Part shown: one piece after another, positions 1 through 9,095 of the stretch
Numbering within the stretch: the first letter of the stretch is position 1
Layout: the number at the start of each line of letters is the position of its first letter
Origin: a bacterium
Lineage (GTDB): Bacteria > Krumholzibacteriota > Krumholzibacteriia > LZORAL124-64-63
Reading direction: 5' to 3'
Length of the DNA stretch: 64,000 nucleotides
Assembly: GCA_031441465.1 (NCBI GenBank)
Contig: JANOEP010000010.1
Location: forward strand, 96,001 to 160,000
Notes under the pieces: model-generated
Database searches by the model: none
The model's input: the letters and a program-made list of their open reading frames with translations, nothing else
What the model was told of the DNA's origin: nothing
Program-made: the position numbers and the translations under genes

Positions 1-57
1 GGCGGCGATGCCCACACCGACGGCCCCCACTGTCTTGAGGAAGTCCCTGCGATCCAT
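1..57 (-). CDS. 5' end of a Tat-exported protein (runs off the window)
   Basis: Reverse complement from ATG at 57 reads MDRRDFLKTVGAVGVGIAA, a twin-arginine RRxFLK signal peptide. GAAAGGGA RBS-like sequence upstream. Too short for the ORF track. Confidence 0.8.
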   Translation of the reverse strand, partial: MDRRDFLKTVGAVGVGIAA

Positions 58-324
58 GCCGGTCCCTTTCTGCTGTGAAACGGAGGCGGCCGATATCCCC
101 GCGGGGACGGCCGCGTCCCGGCGAAATTGGCACACTGTCAATATGATAACAATCGTTTGTTGATCAAGAATTATTAGTAGGGAAAAGGCAGGACCCGGAA
201 ACCGGGGAAAGGCGAGAATGGCACTCATATCCGCAATCTTGGGGGATCCGTGCAGAGCGCGTCCGTGCTAGGATGGCGGCATCGATCTCGCCCCCCCCCA
301 CTGAAAACGCGGAGGCGGTTTCCC

Positions 325-936
325 ATGAAGCGTTCCCTGCAGCTCCTGACGGTCCTGGCGTTCCTGACTGCGCTGGCCGGCGGCTGCTTCGACCCGGAGG
401 ACTCCCCCGTCGATCCTGACCCCGCAGTCTCGACGTTCCCGTTCCCCGACACCGCCGAGAAGCTGATGGCGAACTTCCAGGCCGCCTACGACAGCATGGA
501 CATCGCCGAGTACGCGTTCACGCTGCACGAGGATTTCGTCTTCTTGTTCTCGTCGGAATGCGAGATCGGCCCCGTCGGCGGCGCCTATTCACGCACGGAC
601 GACCTGCTGCACACGACGCGCCTGCTGAACGGCGAAGCGGGGTACGACCGGGTCCATGCGCGCCCGCTGCCGGCGGTGCGGGACATCGCGTTCCTGCAGT
701 TCGAGAATCTGACGGGATGGAGCGAGGTGTCGCAGGACGAGCCGGGATTTCCGGGGGGGCTGAAGGCGATGTACGCCGTGACCGCCGTCATGACGCTGGA
801 TACCGTGGACGACAACACGTACGGGATCGACTCGTTGCAGGTGTTCTACGTGAAGCAGGAGATGGGGACGGCGCCGGGGGGGGAATCGCGGTTGCGGTTT
901 TATTTGGTTGGGCAGAGGGATCTTGTCGCCGACTAG
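325..936 (+). CDS. Lipoprotein of unknown function (possibly NTF2/SnoaL-like fold)
   Basis: ATG at 325 after GGAGG. Signal MKRSLQLLTVLAFLTALAGG-C with lipobox. The segment 'LMANFQAAYDSMDIAEYAFTLHEDFVF' resembles an NTF2-like start (inference). Confidence 0.7.
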   Translation: MKRSLQLLTVLAFLTALAGGCFDPEDSPVDPDPAVSTFPFPDTAEKLMANFQAAYDSMDIAEYAFTLHEDFVFLFSSECEIGPVGGAYSRTDDLLHTTRLLNGEAGYDRVHARPLPAVRDIAFLQFENLTGWSEVSQDEPGFPGGLKAMYAVTAVMTLDTVDDNTYGIDSLQVFYVKQEMGTAPGGESRLRFYLVGQRDLVAD

Positions 937-1060
937 CGAAGGGGAATTGGGCAGATCATGTCTGTCTCGGCCCGCGCAACGGCCGTCGGCGCAACCTCGA
1001 CGGACCACCGCGCGTAGCATGCCCGTTACCCGCACCGCCGACCACCATCCGGGAGGGATC

Positions 1061-2773
1061 ATGCCTCGCCCACATCCGCTCCACGCGTCGCTGCTGCTCC
1101 TGCTCGCCACCGTCGCGCTCACTGCGGCCGCCCCCCCCGCCATCGCGGAGACACCCGCGGCGCCGGCCGTGCCCGGCAACTCCGAACTGGCCGCGCGCAT
1201 CAACGCGCTGCTGTCGCCGATCTTCCCCGCGGACCAGCCGGGAGTGGCGGTCCTGGTGGCCCGCGACGGCCTGCCGGTCTACCGTCGCGGCTTCGGCCTG
1301 GCCGATCTGGAACGCGGGATTCCCATCACGCCGGAGACGGTCTTCCGCATCGGCTCGGTGACGAAGCAGTTCACTGCGGCGATCGTCATGCGCCTGGCGG
1401 AGCAGGGCCGGCTCAGCCTGCAGGACGACCTCACGAAGTACCTGCCCGACTACCCCACCGGCGGCCAGGCGATCACGATCGAGCACCTGCTCACTCACAC
1501 CTCGGGCATCGCCAGCTACACCGACCAGCTGGCGTGGGCCGCCCGCATGGCCGAGGACCTGACGCAGGCGCAGATCATCGACCTCTTCAAGAACGAGCCG
1601 CGCGGCTTCGACCCGGGCACGCAATGGGCCTACTCCAACTCGGGCTACTTCCTGCTGGGTGTCGTCATCGAGAAGGTCACCGGGAAGAGCTACGCGCAGT
1701 GCCTCGCCGACGAGATCTTCACGCCCCTGGGAATGCAGCACTCCGGCTGCGGCCGCAGCACGCCCTCCTTCCCGGGCGAAGCGAGCGGCTACGAGAGGCG
1801 GGACGACCAGGTCGTCCCCGCCGAGCCGCTCAGCATGACCTCGCCGTTCGCCGCCGGGGTCATCGTCTCCTCGGTGGATGACTTGCAGCGCTGGAACAAA
1901 GGCCTCGAAGCCGGCCGCGTCCTGCAGCCGGCTTCGCGGGAACGCGTCTTCACGCCCTACGTGCTGAAGGACGGTCACGACACCGGCTACGGCTACGGCT
2001 GGGGCCTCACGCAGTACGAGGGACACCGGATTCAGGAGCACTCGGGCGGCATCAACGGCTTCTTCGCCCACGTGATGCGCCTGCCCGACGACCGCCTCTA
2101 CGTGGCGCTGCTCTTCAACTGCGGATCGCCGGCGGTGGACGGCTCGTTCCTGGCGCTCAAGATCGCCGCCGCCGCGGTGGGCCGGCCGCTGCCCGAGCCT
2201 GGCGACTACACGATGTCGCCGGAGAAGCTCGACCGCTTCGTCGGCGTCTACGAGGTCGACCCGACCACGACGCGGGCGATCAGCCGCGAGGGCGGGCAAC
2301 TCTTCTCGCAGCGCGGCGGCGGCGCGCGCCTGGAGATGTTCCCCACCTCCGACTCGACGTTCGCCTACGTGGGACGGATCACGCGCGTGACATTCCGCTT
2401 CGACACCGCGGGCCGCGCGGACCGCATGATCATGAACCAGTCCGGCATCGAGCAGGTCTCGCGGCGGACCGACAAGCCGCTCCCCCCGCCCCGCACCGCG
2501 ATCACCTTGGACCGGGCTGCCCTCGAGGCCTGCGTCGGCATCTACGAACTCGCGCCGGGTTTCCTGATCACCGTCACTCACGAGGACGAGCGCCTCATGG
2601 CCCAGGCCACGGGCCAGCCCAAGTTCGAGATCTTCCCCGAATCACCCACGTCGTTCTTCCTCACGGTCGTGGACGCGCAGATCGAGTTCCAGCCCGGACC
2701 CGACGGGCGGATGTCAGCGATGGTGTTGCACCAGGGAGGGCGGGACGTGCCGGGGAAGCGGGTGGGGCCGTAG
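1061..2773 (+). CDS. Secreted serine hydrolase, beta-lactamase class C/D-Ala-D-Ala peptidase family, with two C-terminal DUF3471-like domains
   Basis: GGAGG RBS and signal peptide. Motifs SVTK (SxxK), LLTHTSG, YSN (YxN), HSGG. Two repeated C-terminal modules ('LDRFVGVYE', 'LEACVGIYE'). Confidence 0.9.
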   Translation: MPRPHPLHASLLLLLATVALTAAAPPAIAETPAAPAVPGNSELAARINALLSPIFPADQPGVAVLVARDGLPVYRRGFGLADLERGIPITPETVFRIGSVTKQFTAAIVMRLAEQGRLSLQDDLTKYLPDYPTGGQAITIEHLLTHTSGIASYTDQLAWAARMAEDLTQAQIIDLFKNEPRGFDPGTQWAYSNSGYFLLGVVIEKVTGKSYAQCLADEIFTPLGMQHSGCGRSTPSFPGEASGYERRDDQVVPAEPLSMTSPFAAGVIVSSVDDLQRWNKGLEAGRVLQPASRERVFTPYVLKDGHDTGYGYGWGLTQYEGHRIQEHSGGINGFFAHVMRLPDDRLYVALLFNCGSPAVDGSFLALKIAAAAVGRPLPEPGDYTMSPEKLDRFVGVYEVDPTTTRAISREGGQLFSQRGGGARLEMFPTSDSTFAYVGRITRVTFRFDTAGRADRMIMNQSGIEQVSRRTDKPLPPPRTAITLDRAALEACVGIYELAPGFLITVTHEDERLMAQATGQPKFEIFPESPTSFFLTVVDAQIEFQPGPDGRMSAMVLHQGGRDVPGKRVGP

Positions 2774-2871
2774 CGGATGCGGGCATGGACAACTGCCGCG
2801 CAAGCGACACCGGTACATACAGCCCTCGACCGCGGACGTTGGCATGGAGTTGGCACGAGGTCTGGGAGCAT

Positions 2872-2915
2872 CAAAGAAGAGAGCGACCCACTTTCGTAAG
2901 TCGCTCTCTTCTTTG
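2872..2915. terminator. Probable bidirectional intrinsic terminator between the convergent serine hydrolase and tRNA-Gly
   Basis: Perfect 16-bp inverted repeat CAAAGAAGAGAGCGAC / GTCGCTCTCTTCTTTG, with pyrimidine/U-rich 3' arms on both strands. Confidence 0.8.
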
Positions 2916-2922
2916 CAGATGC

Positions 2923-2998
<76 letters not shown>

Positions 2999-3010
2999 GA
3001 AGTGCCGCTC

Positions 3011-3039
3011 AATATGACGGCGATCCCCCCGGATGTCAA
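3011..3039 (-). promoter_or_regulatory. Sigma70-type promoter for tRNA-Gly
   Basis: TTGACA (3039-3034), 17 bp, CATATT (3016-3011), ending 12 bp before the tRNA 5' end. The -35 contains the TGA stop of the upstream glycosyltransferase. Confidence 0.7.
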
Positions 3040-4175
3040 ACCGATTTTTCACGCCCCAGGACCCGCCGGTATAGGGCCAGCGTGTCCACTGCGGCGTTCT
3101 CCCAGGAGTACGTCGCCAGCACCCGCCGGCGCGATGCCACGCCGTGGCGCTCACGGGCCGCGGGATCGTTCAGCAGCGCCGCCAGGGCCGCCTCGAGCGC
3201 CCCGACGTCGCCACTCGCGAACGACGGCGCGCACCCCCCGGACACCTCCAGATTGGGCGCGATGTCGCTCACCAGGCAGCAACGCCCGTAGCTCATCCCC
3301 TCCAGCAGGGCGATCGACAGCCCCTCGAGCGTCGACGGCAGCACCACCAGCGCCGCGTGGCTGTACAGCTCTTCCAGCACCCGTCCGTGGACATAACCCG
3401 GGAACAGGACCTCCGGCGGTGCGGCCACCCGCAGGCCAGCCGCGTAGGCGTCGCTGAACCCCGACCCCCCCGCCATGACCAGACGGTGCCGGGCCCGCAG
3501 CTCGGCGGGCAGCTTCCCGTAGGCCTCCAGCAAGAGGTGGCACCCCTTCTCGGGCACGAAACGCCCCACGAACAGCACGAACCCGTCGGCCAGGCCGAGC
3601 TGGTCTAACTCCTGCCGCGGCCGCTGCACCGGCTCCCCGATCCCGTTGGGGATGCAGACCGCCGCCACGCCGTACCGCGTTGCGTAATGCTGCCGCAGGG
3701 CCTGCGAGACGACGATCAGCCCGTCCGGGAACCGTGCCGAAGCCCCCTCCCCGCCCCGCAGGACGGCCGCCGCCAGCGGCCCCCACTTGTCCCGCTGCCA
3801 GTCCAGTCCGTGGACGGTGACGACCGTGCGGCCGCGCCGTAGCCAACGTGGCACGCCGGACAGCAGCGCGGGGCCGAGGGCGTGGTAGTGGACGATGTCG
3901 TAGCCATGGCGCACCGCGTCCGCGGTGGCCGCCAGCGTGTGGGTGATGGCGTCGAGGTGCTTGGTCGGCACGCTGGGAAGTTGGCGCACCGTGACGCCGG
4001 GCATGGCGGTGGGGCCGTCGGCGTCGCTGTAGTGGGGGCGGCTGTAGATGGTGATCTCGACGCCGCGCGGAGCCAGCCTGGCGGCCAGCTCCGCGACGTG
4101 CTTCTCGATCCCGCCGTGGACGGGGGGATAACCCTTCTGGCCGATCATCGCCACGCAGATGGGCGCTTCGCTCAC
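3036..4175 (-). CDS. Glycosyltransferase family 4 (GT-B)
   Basis: N-terminal 'IGQKGYPPVHGGIE', 'FVGRFVPEKG', and E-x7-E motif 'EGLSIALLEGM'. Confidence 0.92.
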   Translation of the reverse strand: MSEAPICVAMIGQKGYPPVHGGIEKHVAELAARLAPRGVEITIYSRPHYSDADGPTAMPGVTVRQLPSVPTKHLDAITHTLAATADAVRHGYDIVHYHALGPALLSGVPRWLRRGRTVVTVHGLDWQRDKWGPLAAAVLRGGEGASARFPDGLIVVSQALRQHYATRYGVAAVCIPNGIGEPVQRPRQELDQLGLADGFVLFVGRFVPEKGCHLLLEAYGKLPAELRARHRLVMAGGSGFSDAYAAGLRVAAPPEVLFPGYVHGRVLEELYSHAALVVLPSTLEGLSIALLEGMSYGRCCLVSDIAPNLEVSGGCAPSFASGDVGALEAALAALLNDPAARERHGVASRRRVLATYSWENAAVDTLALYRRVLGREKSV

Positions 4176-4199
4176 GGCTCTCCCCCGCGCGGCTGGAGC

Positions 4200-5228
4200 C
4201 TACGCGTTCTGGAAGGTCAGGTCCTGCGGCGCGCCGTGTTCCCGGATGGAGAGGCAGGCCTTCTCCAGCACCTCGACCACCTGCAGACCCAGGGCCCCGT
4301 CGCTGACCGGCTTGGCGCGGCCCAGCACGCAGTCCACGAAGTGCGACGTCTCGACCTTCAGCGGCTCGGCCTGGTCGATCTTGGGGATCAGGATGTCCCC
4401 GTGCCGGTACGCCAGGTGGAACTCGTCGAACCCGTCGTAGTGCGGCATCACGTCGACGCCCTTGTCGTAGATGCGGATCTTGTCCGTCATCGCGACGTCA
4501 TCATAGACCACCATCTTGCGGCTGCCAACGAAGGTCGCTTCGCGCACCTTGTTCGGGTCCAGCCAGCTGACGTGCAGGTGGGCGACCCGGCCGCCGGGGT
4601 ACCACAGCGAGACGAAGGCCACGTCCTCGAGCTGCTTGTCCGTCTGGACGTAGCAGTGGCCGGTGGCGCTGACCCGCTCCGGGACGGCGTCGAACAGGTA
4701 GTTGAGCATGGCCACGTCGTGGGGCACCAGGTCCCAGACGACGTTGGCGTCCTTCTGGAAGATGCCCAGGTTCAGGCGGCGGATCTTGACGTAGTAGATG
4801 TCGCCCAGCTCGCCGGACTCGATCAGCTGCTTGATCATGCGCACCGCGGGCACGAACAGGAAGGTGTGGCCGACCATGATCTGCAGGCCGCGGGCCGCGG
4901 CGATGGCGCAGAGCTTGCGGCACTCGTCGGCGCTGGCGGCCATCGGCTTCTCGATGAACAGGTGCTTCCCGCTCTCCAGCACGGCCTTGCCCAGGGGGAA
5001 GTGGGTGCTGACCGGGGTCGCCACCACCACGGCGCCCACCGAGGGGTCGCCGAGCATCCGGCCCATGTCGGCGCTGACGTCGGCCGCGGGGTAGAGCTGG
5101 GCCATGTGCGCCCGGCGCTTCTCGTCGAGGTCGCAGATATGCGTCAGCTCGACGTCCGGATGGTTGTGGAAGTTCCGGATGAGGTTGGGGCCCCAGTAGC
5201 CGCAGCCGATGGCTGCCATCTTCAACAT
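4200..5228 (-). CDS. Gfo/Idh/MocA family oxidoreductase (NDP-sugar dehydrogenase, WbpB-like)
   Basis: ATG at 5228 after AAGGAG. Rossmann motif 'IGCGYWG', 'EKPM', 'DLVPHD'. Sugar-cluster context. Confidence 0.88.
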   Translation of the reverse strand: MLKMAAIGCGYWGPNLIRNFHNHPDVELTHICDLDEKRRAHMAQLYPAADVSADMGRMLGDPSVGAVVVATPVSTHFPLGKAVLESGKHLFIEKPMAASADECRKLCAIAAARGLQIMVGHTFLFVPAVRMIKQLIESGELGDIYYVKIRRLNLGIFQKDANVVWDLVPHDVAMLNYLFDAVPERVSATGHCYVQTDKQLEDVAFVSLWYPGGRVAHLHVSWLDPNKVREATFVGSRKMVVYDDVAMTDKIRIYDKGVDVMPHYDGFDEFHLAYRHGDILIPKIDQAEPLKVETSHFVDCVLGRAKPVSDGALGLQVVEVLEKACLSIREHGAPQDLTFQNA

Positions 5229-5409
5229 GACCAGACTCCTTTGGTGACGTCGACTCCTTACCGGGCGATCAGACGAGAGCACGATCGGGCAAATGGACAA
5301 ACGGGCAAGAGAAGGCCGGCCGGTGCTGTTGCACGAGCCGGCCCAGGGAATGCATCGTTCTGCGTCCGCGGAACTTGAGGCCAAAGACGCCGGCCTGCGA
5401 ACCGCCGTA

Positions 5410-6132
5410 TCAGTAGCCCCCGGTGCCTCGCAGCACCACCGGCACGGTCTTGAACATGATCCGCAGATCGTGGCCCAGCGACCAGGTGTTGATGTAGTGG
5501 ATGTCGAGCCGGACCATCTCCTCGAAGGGGACGTTGCTGCGGCCGCTCACCTGCCAGAGGCCGGTCAGGCCCGGGGTGATGCGCAGGCGCTCGTGGTGCC
5601 AGGGCTGGTAGTGGTCCAGCTCGTAGGCGATCGGCGGCCGCGGGCCGACCAGCGACATCTCCCCGCGCAGGATGTTGAACAGCTGCGGCAGCTCGTCCAG
5701 CGAGGTCTTGCGCAGCCAGCGGCCGATCCCGGTCACGCGGGGATCCTCGGTCAGCTTGTAGACCTTGTCCGTGGACGTGTGCTGGGAACCGCCGTTGATG
5801 AACATCGCCGCGAACTGCCGGTGGATGGCGTCGTCGCTCTTGTGGACCATGGTGCGGAATTTGTAGAACGGGAAGGGCTGGCTGTTCTTGCCGATCCGCT
5901 CCTGGACGAAGAACACGGGACCGGGGCTCGAACGTCGGACCAGGAAAGCGAGCACCAGCAACAGCGGGGACAGCAACAGGACGGCCCCGCCGGCCAGGAC
6001 GATGTCGAAAAGTCTTTTGGCGGATCCCCCCCAGCCGTTCAGGCGGGAAGTATCCGCGACGAGGTAAAGTGTCGGTGCGGCAGGGAGGACATCCTCGACC
6101 ACAGCCGAATAAGCCACCGCGTCTTCCTTCAT
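5410..6132 (-). CDS. Bacterial sugar transferase (undecaprenyl-phosphate glycosylphosphotransferase, WbaP/WcaJ catalytic domain)
   Basis: 'KRLFDI', one TM helix, 'YKFRTM', 'DPRVT', 'SLDELPQLFNILRGEMSLVGPRP', 'PGLTGLWQVSGR'. ATG at 6132 after GGGGAG. Confidence 0.93.
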   Translation of the reverse strand: MKEDAVAYSAVVEDVLPAAPTLYLVADTSRLNGWGGSAKRLFDIVLAGGAVLLLSPLLLVLAFLVRRSSPGPVFFVQERIGKNSQPFPFYKFRTMVHKSDDAIHRQFAAMFINGGSQHTSTDKVYKLTEDPRVTGIGRWLRKTSLDELPQLFNILRGEMSLVGPRPPIAYELDHYQPWHHERLRITPGLTGLWQVSGRSNVPFEEMVRLDIHYINTWSLGHDLRIMFKTVPVVLRGTGGY

Positions 6133-6239
6133 GGTGTCTTCTCCCCATGCAGGGCAAGCAAGGTGCGAATCTCGGAAACGCGTTAGCTTCGGGCCATGGA
6201 ACCCCTTTCTGTCCCCCAGGAGCGTACGAACCTGCAAGC

Positions 6240-6269
6240 ATTATAGCAGAAGGTCGCAGACCCTGTCCA
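6240..6269 (-). promoter_or_regulatory. Extended -10 sigma70 promoter for the sugar transferase
   Basis: TGGACA (6269-6264), 18 bp, TATAAT (6245-6240), preceded by TGn. The TATAAT contains the TAA stop of the DegT gene. Confidence 0.7.
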
Positions 6270-7332
6270 CCATCTCTTTTGACATTTCCGCATACATCGG
6301 CAGGGACACGATGTGCTCGCAGAGGTCCTCGGCCACCGGGAAGGAGGCGTCGACCGGCACGAAACCGGCCAAAGCGGGCTGAAGGTGGCACGGAACCGGG
6401 TAATGCCGCCCGCAGAAGACCTTGCCCTCGCGCAGGCGGGCGATCAGGCCCTCGGGATCCTGGCTCTGGATCGGGAAGATGTGGTGCACCGGCGTGGTGC
6501 CGGGCAGCGGCTCGGGCATGCGGAACTGCCCCTTCAGGCGGGCGCGGTACCAGCCGGCGACTTCCCGGCGACGGGCGTTCCAGCCGTCGAGGTGGGGCAG
6601 TTTGGTGTCCAGGATGACCGCCTGCAGGGTGTCGAGGCGGCCCGTGTAGCCCACGGAGTCGTGCAGGTTCTTGGTGCCCTGCCCGTGGTGGCGCAGGCTG
6701 CGCAGGACGGCGTCGATCCGCTCGTCGGCGGTGACGGTCGCCCCACCGTCCCCGAAGCCGCCCAGGTTCTTGCCCGGGTAGAAGCTGAAGCCCGCCGCGA
6801 TCCCCAGGGTGCCCGCGCGCTTGCCCTTATAGAGAGCGCCGTGGGCCTGACAGGCGTCCTCGATGATGGGCAGGTCACCGGCGACGGCCCGGATCTCGTC
6901 CAACGGCGCCAGGTGGCCGAAGAGGTGGACCGGCATGATGGCCTTGGTGCGGCGCGTGATCGCGCGCTCGAGCTTCGCGGGGTCCATCATCCAGGTCTCG
7001 GGATCGACGTCCACGAAGACGGGCGTCGCGCCGGTGTAGACGATCGCCTCCACAGTGGCGATGAAGGTGTTCGGGACGGTGATGACCTCGTCGCCGGGTC
7101 CGATGCCCAGGGCGCGCAGGACCAGGTGCAGCGCCTGCGTGCCGGAATCCACACCGATGGCGTGGGGGGCGCCGCAGTAGGCGGCAAAGTGCTGTTCGAA
7201 GCGCTCGAGACGATCCCCGAGGATGAACGCCGTGTTGTCGACCACATCGGCGATCGCCGCATCGAGTTCACGGCGAAGGGGGGCGATCTGGGCCTTGAGA
7301 TCGAGGTAAGGGACGGGCGTCGGGGTCGTCAT
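6241..7332 (-). CDS. DegT/DnrJ/EryC1/StrS family PLP-dependent NDP-sugar aminotransferase
   Basis: 'SGTQAL', 'TFIAT', 'IIEDACQAHG', PLP-lysine motif 'SFYPGKNLGGFGDGG', 'RLDTLQA'. ATG at 7332 after AAGGAG. Confidence 0.94.
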   Translation of the reverse strand: MTTPTPVPYLDLKAQIAPLRRELDAAIADVVDNTAFILGDRLERFEQHFAAYCGAPHAIGVDSGTQALHLVLRALGIGPGDEVITVPNTFIATVEAIVYTGATPVFVDVDPETWMMDPAKLERAITRRTKAIMPVHLFGHLAPLDEIRAVAGDLPIIEDACQAHGALYKGKRAGTLGIAAGFSFYPGKNLGGFGDGGATVTADERIDAVLRSLRHHGQGTKNLHDSVGYTGRLDTLQAVILDTKLPHLDGWNARRREVAGWYRARLKGQFRMPEPLPGTTPVHHIFPIQSQDPEGLIARLREGKVFCGRHYPVPCHLQPALAGFVPVDASFPVAEDLCEHIVSLPMYAEMSKEMVDRVCDLLL

Positions 7333-7413
7333 GAGAGGCTCCTTGATGTTGGCCGCGTTCCAGGGCGCGTCTCGCACCGGGTGTGGATCCATGGGTTTGA
7401 GCCACGGATGTTA

Positions 7414-7424
7414 ATTATATCACA
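7414..7424 (-). promoter_or_regulatory. Extended -10 promoter for the DegT operon
   Basis: Minus strand TGTG-A-TATAAT (perfect TGnTATAAT) in the AT-rich divergent intergenic region, ~80 bp upstream of the DegT ATG. Confidence 0.7.
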
Positions 7425-7605
7425 TACTTTGTCCCACAACCAGTGCCAAGATGATAGCCACCAGTCGCGCATTCTCCTAGGACGTTCCTGCCAAACCCGG
7501 CTGGAGAAAGACCTTGCATGGGCGGCAGATACGGGCTATTTCCAGCGGAGTTACGAGCCCGCTGCCGTGTCCTTGGCAAGGATGATGCCGCAGCGAGGTT
7601 CCACG

Positions 7606-7634
7606 TTGCTTTCCGCGCCCCCTGCTCCTAAGAT
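7606..7634 (+). promoter_or_regulatory. Sigma70-type promoter for ino1
   Basis: TTGCTT (7606-7611), 17 bp, TAAGAT (7629-7634), ~50 bp before the ATG at 7684. Confidence 0.55.
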
Positions 7635-7683
7635 CGGGCGCCCTGACTGCGGAACGACCGCGTGCAATGAGAGGAGCGATTCC

Positions 7684-9018
7684 ATGACAACAGGCCTGAA
7701 GATCACGCCTGCGGACGGGAAACTGGGGATCCTGACGCCAGGCATGGGGGCCGTGTCATCGACCTTCATGGCCGGCGTGATCGCGGTGCGGCGAGGCATC
7801 CGCCTGCCCATCGGCAGCATCACGCAGATGGGCCATATCCGTCTGGGAAAACGCACCGAGAACCGCCAGCCCATGGTCAAGGACTTCGTGCCTTTGGCCG
7901 GCCTGGACGACATCGTCTTCGGTGGCTGGGACATCTTCGAGGACTCGATCTACGAGGCCGCCGTCAAGTGCGGTGTCCTGCCCATGGACCTGCTGAACGA
8001 GCTGAAGGACGAACTCCACGCGATCAAGCCGATGCCCGCGGTGTTCGACAACTTCTACGTCAAGAAACTCCACGGCACCCACGTCAAAAAGGGCGCCACC
8101 AAGATGGACCTCGCCGAGCAGCTCATGAAGGACATGCAGGACTTCAAGAAGAACAACGGCTGCTCCCGTCTGGTCATCGTCTGGTGCGGTTCGACGGAGA
8201 TCTTCCTGAAGCCCACGGACGTCCACCAGACGGTCGAGTCCTTCGAGGCCGGCCTGCGCAGCAACCACCCCGACATCGCGCCGAGCATGATCTACGCGTA
8301 CGCCGCGATCAAGCAGGGGATCCCCTACGCCAACGGCGCGCCCAACCTCAGCGCGGACATCCCCGCCCTCGAGACGCTGTCCAAGCAGACGGGATCGCCG
8401 ACCTGCGGCAAGGACTTCAAGACGGGCCAGACCCTGATCAAGACCATCCTCGCCCCCGGCTTCAAGGCCCGCCTGCTGGGCGTCAGCGGCTGGTTCTCGA
8501 CCAACATCCTGGGCAACCGCGACGGCGAGGTCCTGGAAGATCCCGGCAGCTTCAAGTCCAAGGAGGAGTCCAAGCTCAGCGTGCTGGACACGATCCTGCA
8601 GCCCGAGCTGTACCCGGACCTCTACGGCAACCTCTTCCACAAGGTGCGGATCAACTACTACCCGCCCCGCGGCGACAACAAAGAGGGCTGGGACAACATC
8701 GACATCTTCGGCTGGATGGGCATGCCCATGCAGATCAAGGTCGATTTCCTCTGCCGCGACTCGATCCTGGCGGCCCCGATCGTGCTGGACCTCGCGCTGT
8801 TCCTGGACCTCTCCAAGCGGGCGGGCTTCAATGGGATCCAGGAGTGGCTGTCCTTCTACCTGAAGAGCCCGGTCACGCCGCAGGGTCTCTACCCCGAGCA
8901 CGACCTGTTCATCCAGCAGAAGAAGATGAAGAACACGCTGCGCTGGATGATGGGCGAGGAACTCATCACCCATCTCGGCCGCGAGTACTACGAGGACGTT
9001 TCGCAGGACGACCGCTGA
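7684..9018 (+). CDS. ino1: Myo-inositol-1-phosphate (inositol-3-phosphate) synthase
   Basis: AGGAG RBS. Motifs 'GGWDI', 'VWCGSTE', 'NGAPN', 'GKDFKTGQT', 'STNILGNRDG', 'CRDSILAAP' match MIPS of the Bacteroidetes/archaeal-like type. Confidence 0.95.
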   Translation: MTTGLKITPADGKLGILTPGMGAVSSTFMAGVIAVRRGIRLPIGSITQMGHIRLGKRTENRQPMVKDFVPLAGLDDIVFGGWDIFEDSIYEAAVKCGVLPMDLLNELKDELHAIKPMPAVFDNFYVKKLHGTHVKKGATKMDLAEQLMKDMQDFKKNNGCSRLVIVWCGSTEIFLKPTDVHQTVESFEAGLRSNHPDIAPSMIYAYAAIKQGIPYANGAPNLSADIPALETLSKQTGSPTCGKDFKTGQTLIKTILAPGFKARLLGVSGWFSTNILGNRDGEVLEDPGSFKSKEESKLSVLDTILQPELYPDLYGNLFHKVRINYYPPRGDNKEGWDNIDIFGWMGMPMQIKVDFLCRDSILAAPIVLDLALFLDLSKRAGFNGIQEWLSFYLKSPVTPQGLYPEHDLFIQQKKMKNTLRWMMGEELITHLGREYYEDVSQDDR

Positions 9019-9046
9019 ACCGGTCGGCCGACGACGACACTCAACG

Positions 9047-9070
9047 AGGGCCGGCCAAGGGGCCGGCCCT
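9047..9070 (+). terminator. GC-rich hairpin after ino1 (terminator or mRNA-stabilising stem)
   Basis: AGGGCCGGCC-aagg-GGCCGGCCCT, 10-bp stem; no clear U-tract. Confidence 0.4.
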
Positions 9071-9095
9071 TCCCTCATCCGGAAGGACCCCCGAC

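Noticed and set aside
121..150. TTGACA (minus, 141-136) and TGGCAC (plus) as sigma70 or sigma54 promoters
   Set aside because: No -10 at 16-18 bp from the TTGACA, and no GC at the -12 position for sigma54.
1061..2773. Antibiotic-resistance beta-lactamase call
   Set aside because: SxxK/YxN/HxG with DUF3471-like domains is typical of peptidase/esterase members; resistance cannot be inferred.
2840..2854. Sigma54-like TGGCATG-N4-TGGC
   Set aside because: Points straight into the terminator with no gene to drive; likely chance.
6313..7683. Long 5' extension of the 901 aa ino1 ORF
   Set aside because: It is antisense to the DegT gene; the MIPS domain, RBS and promoter all support a start at 7684.
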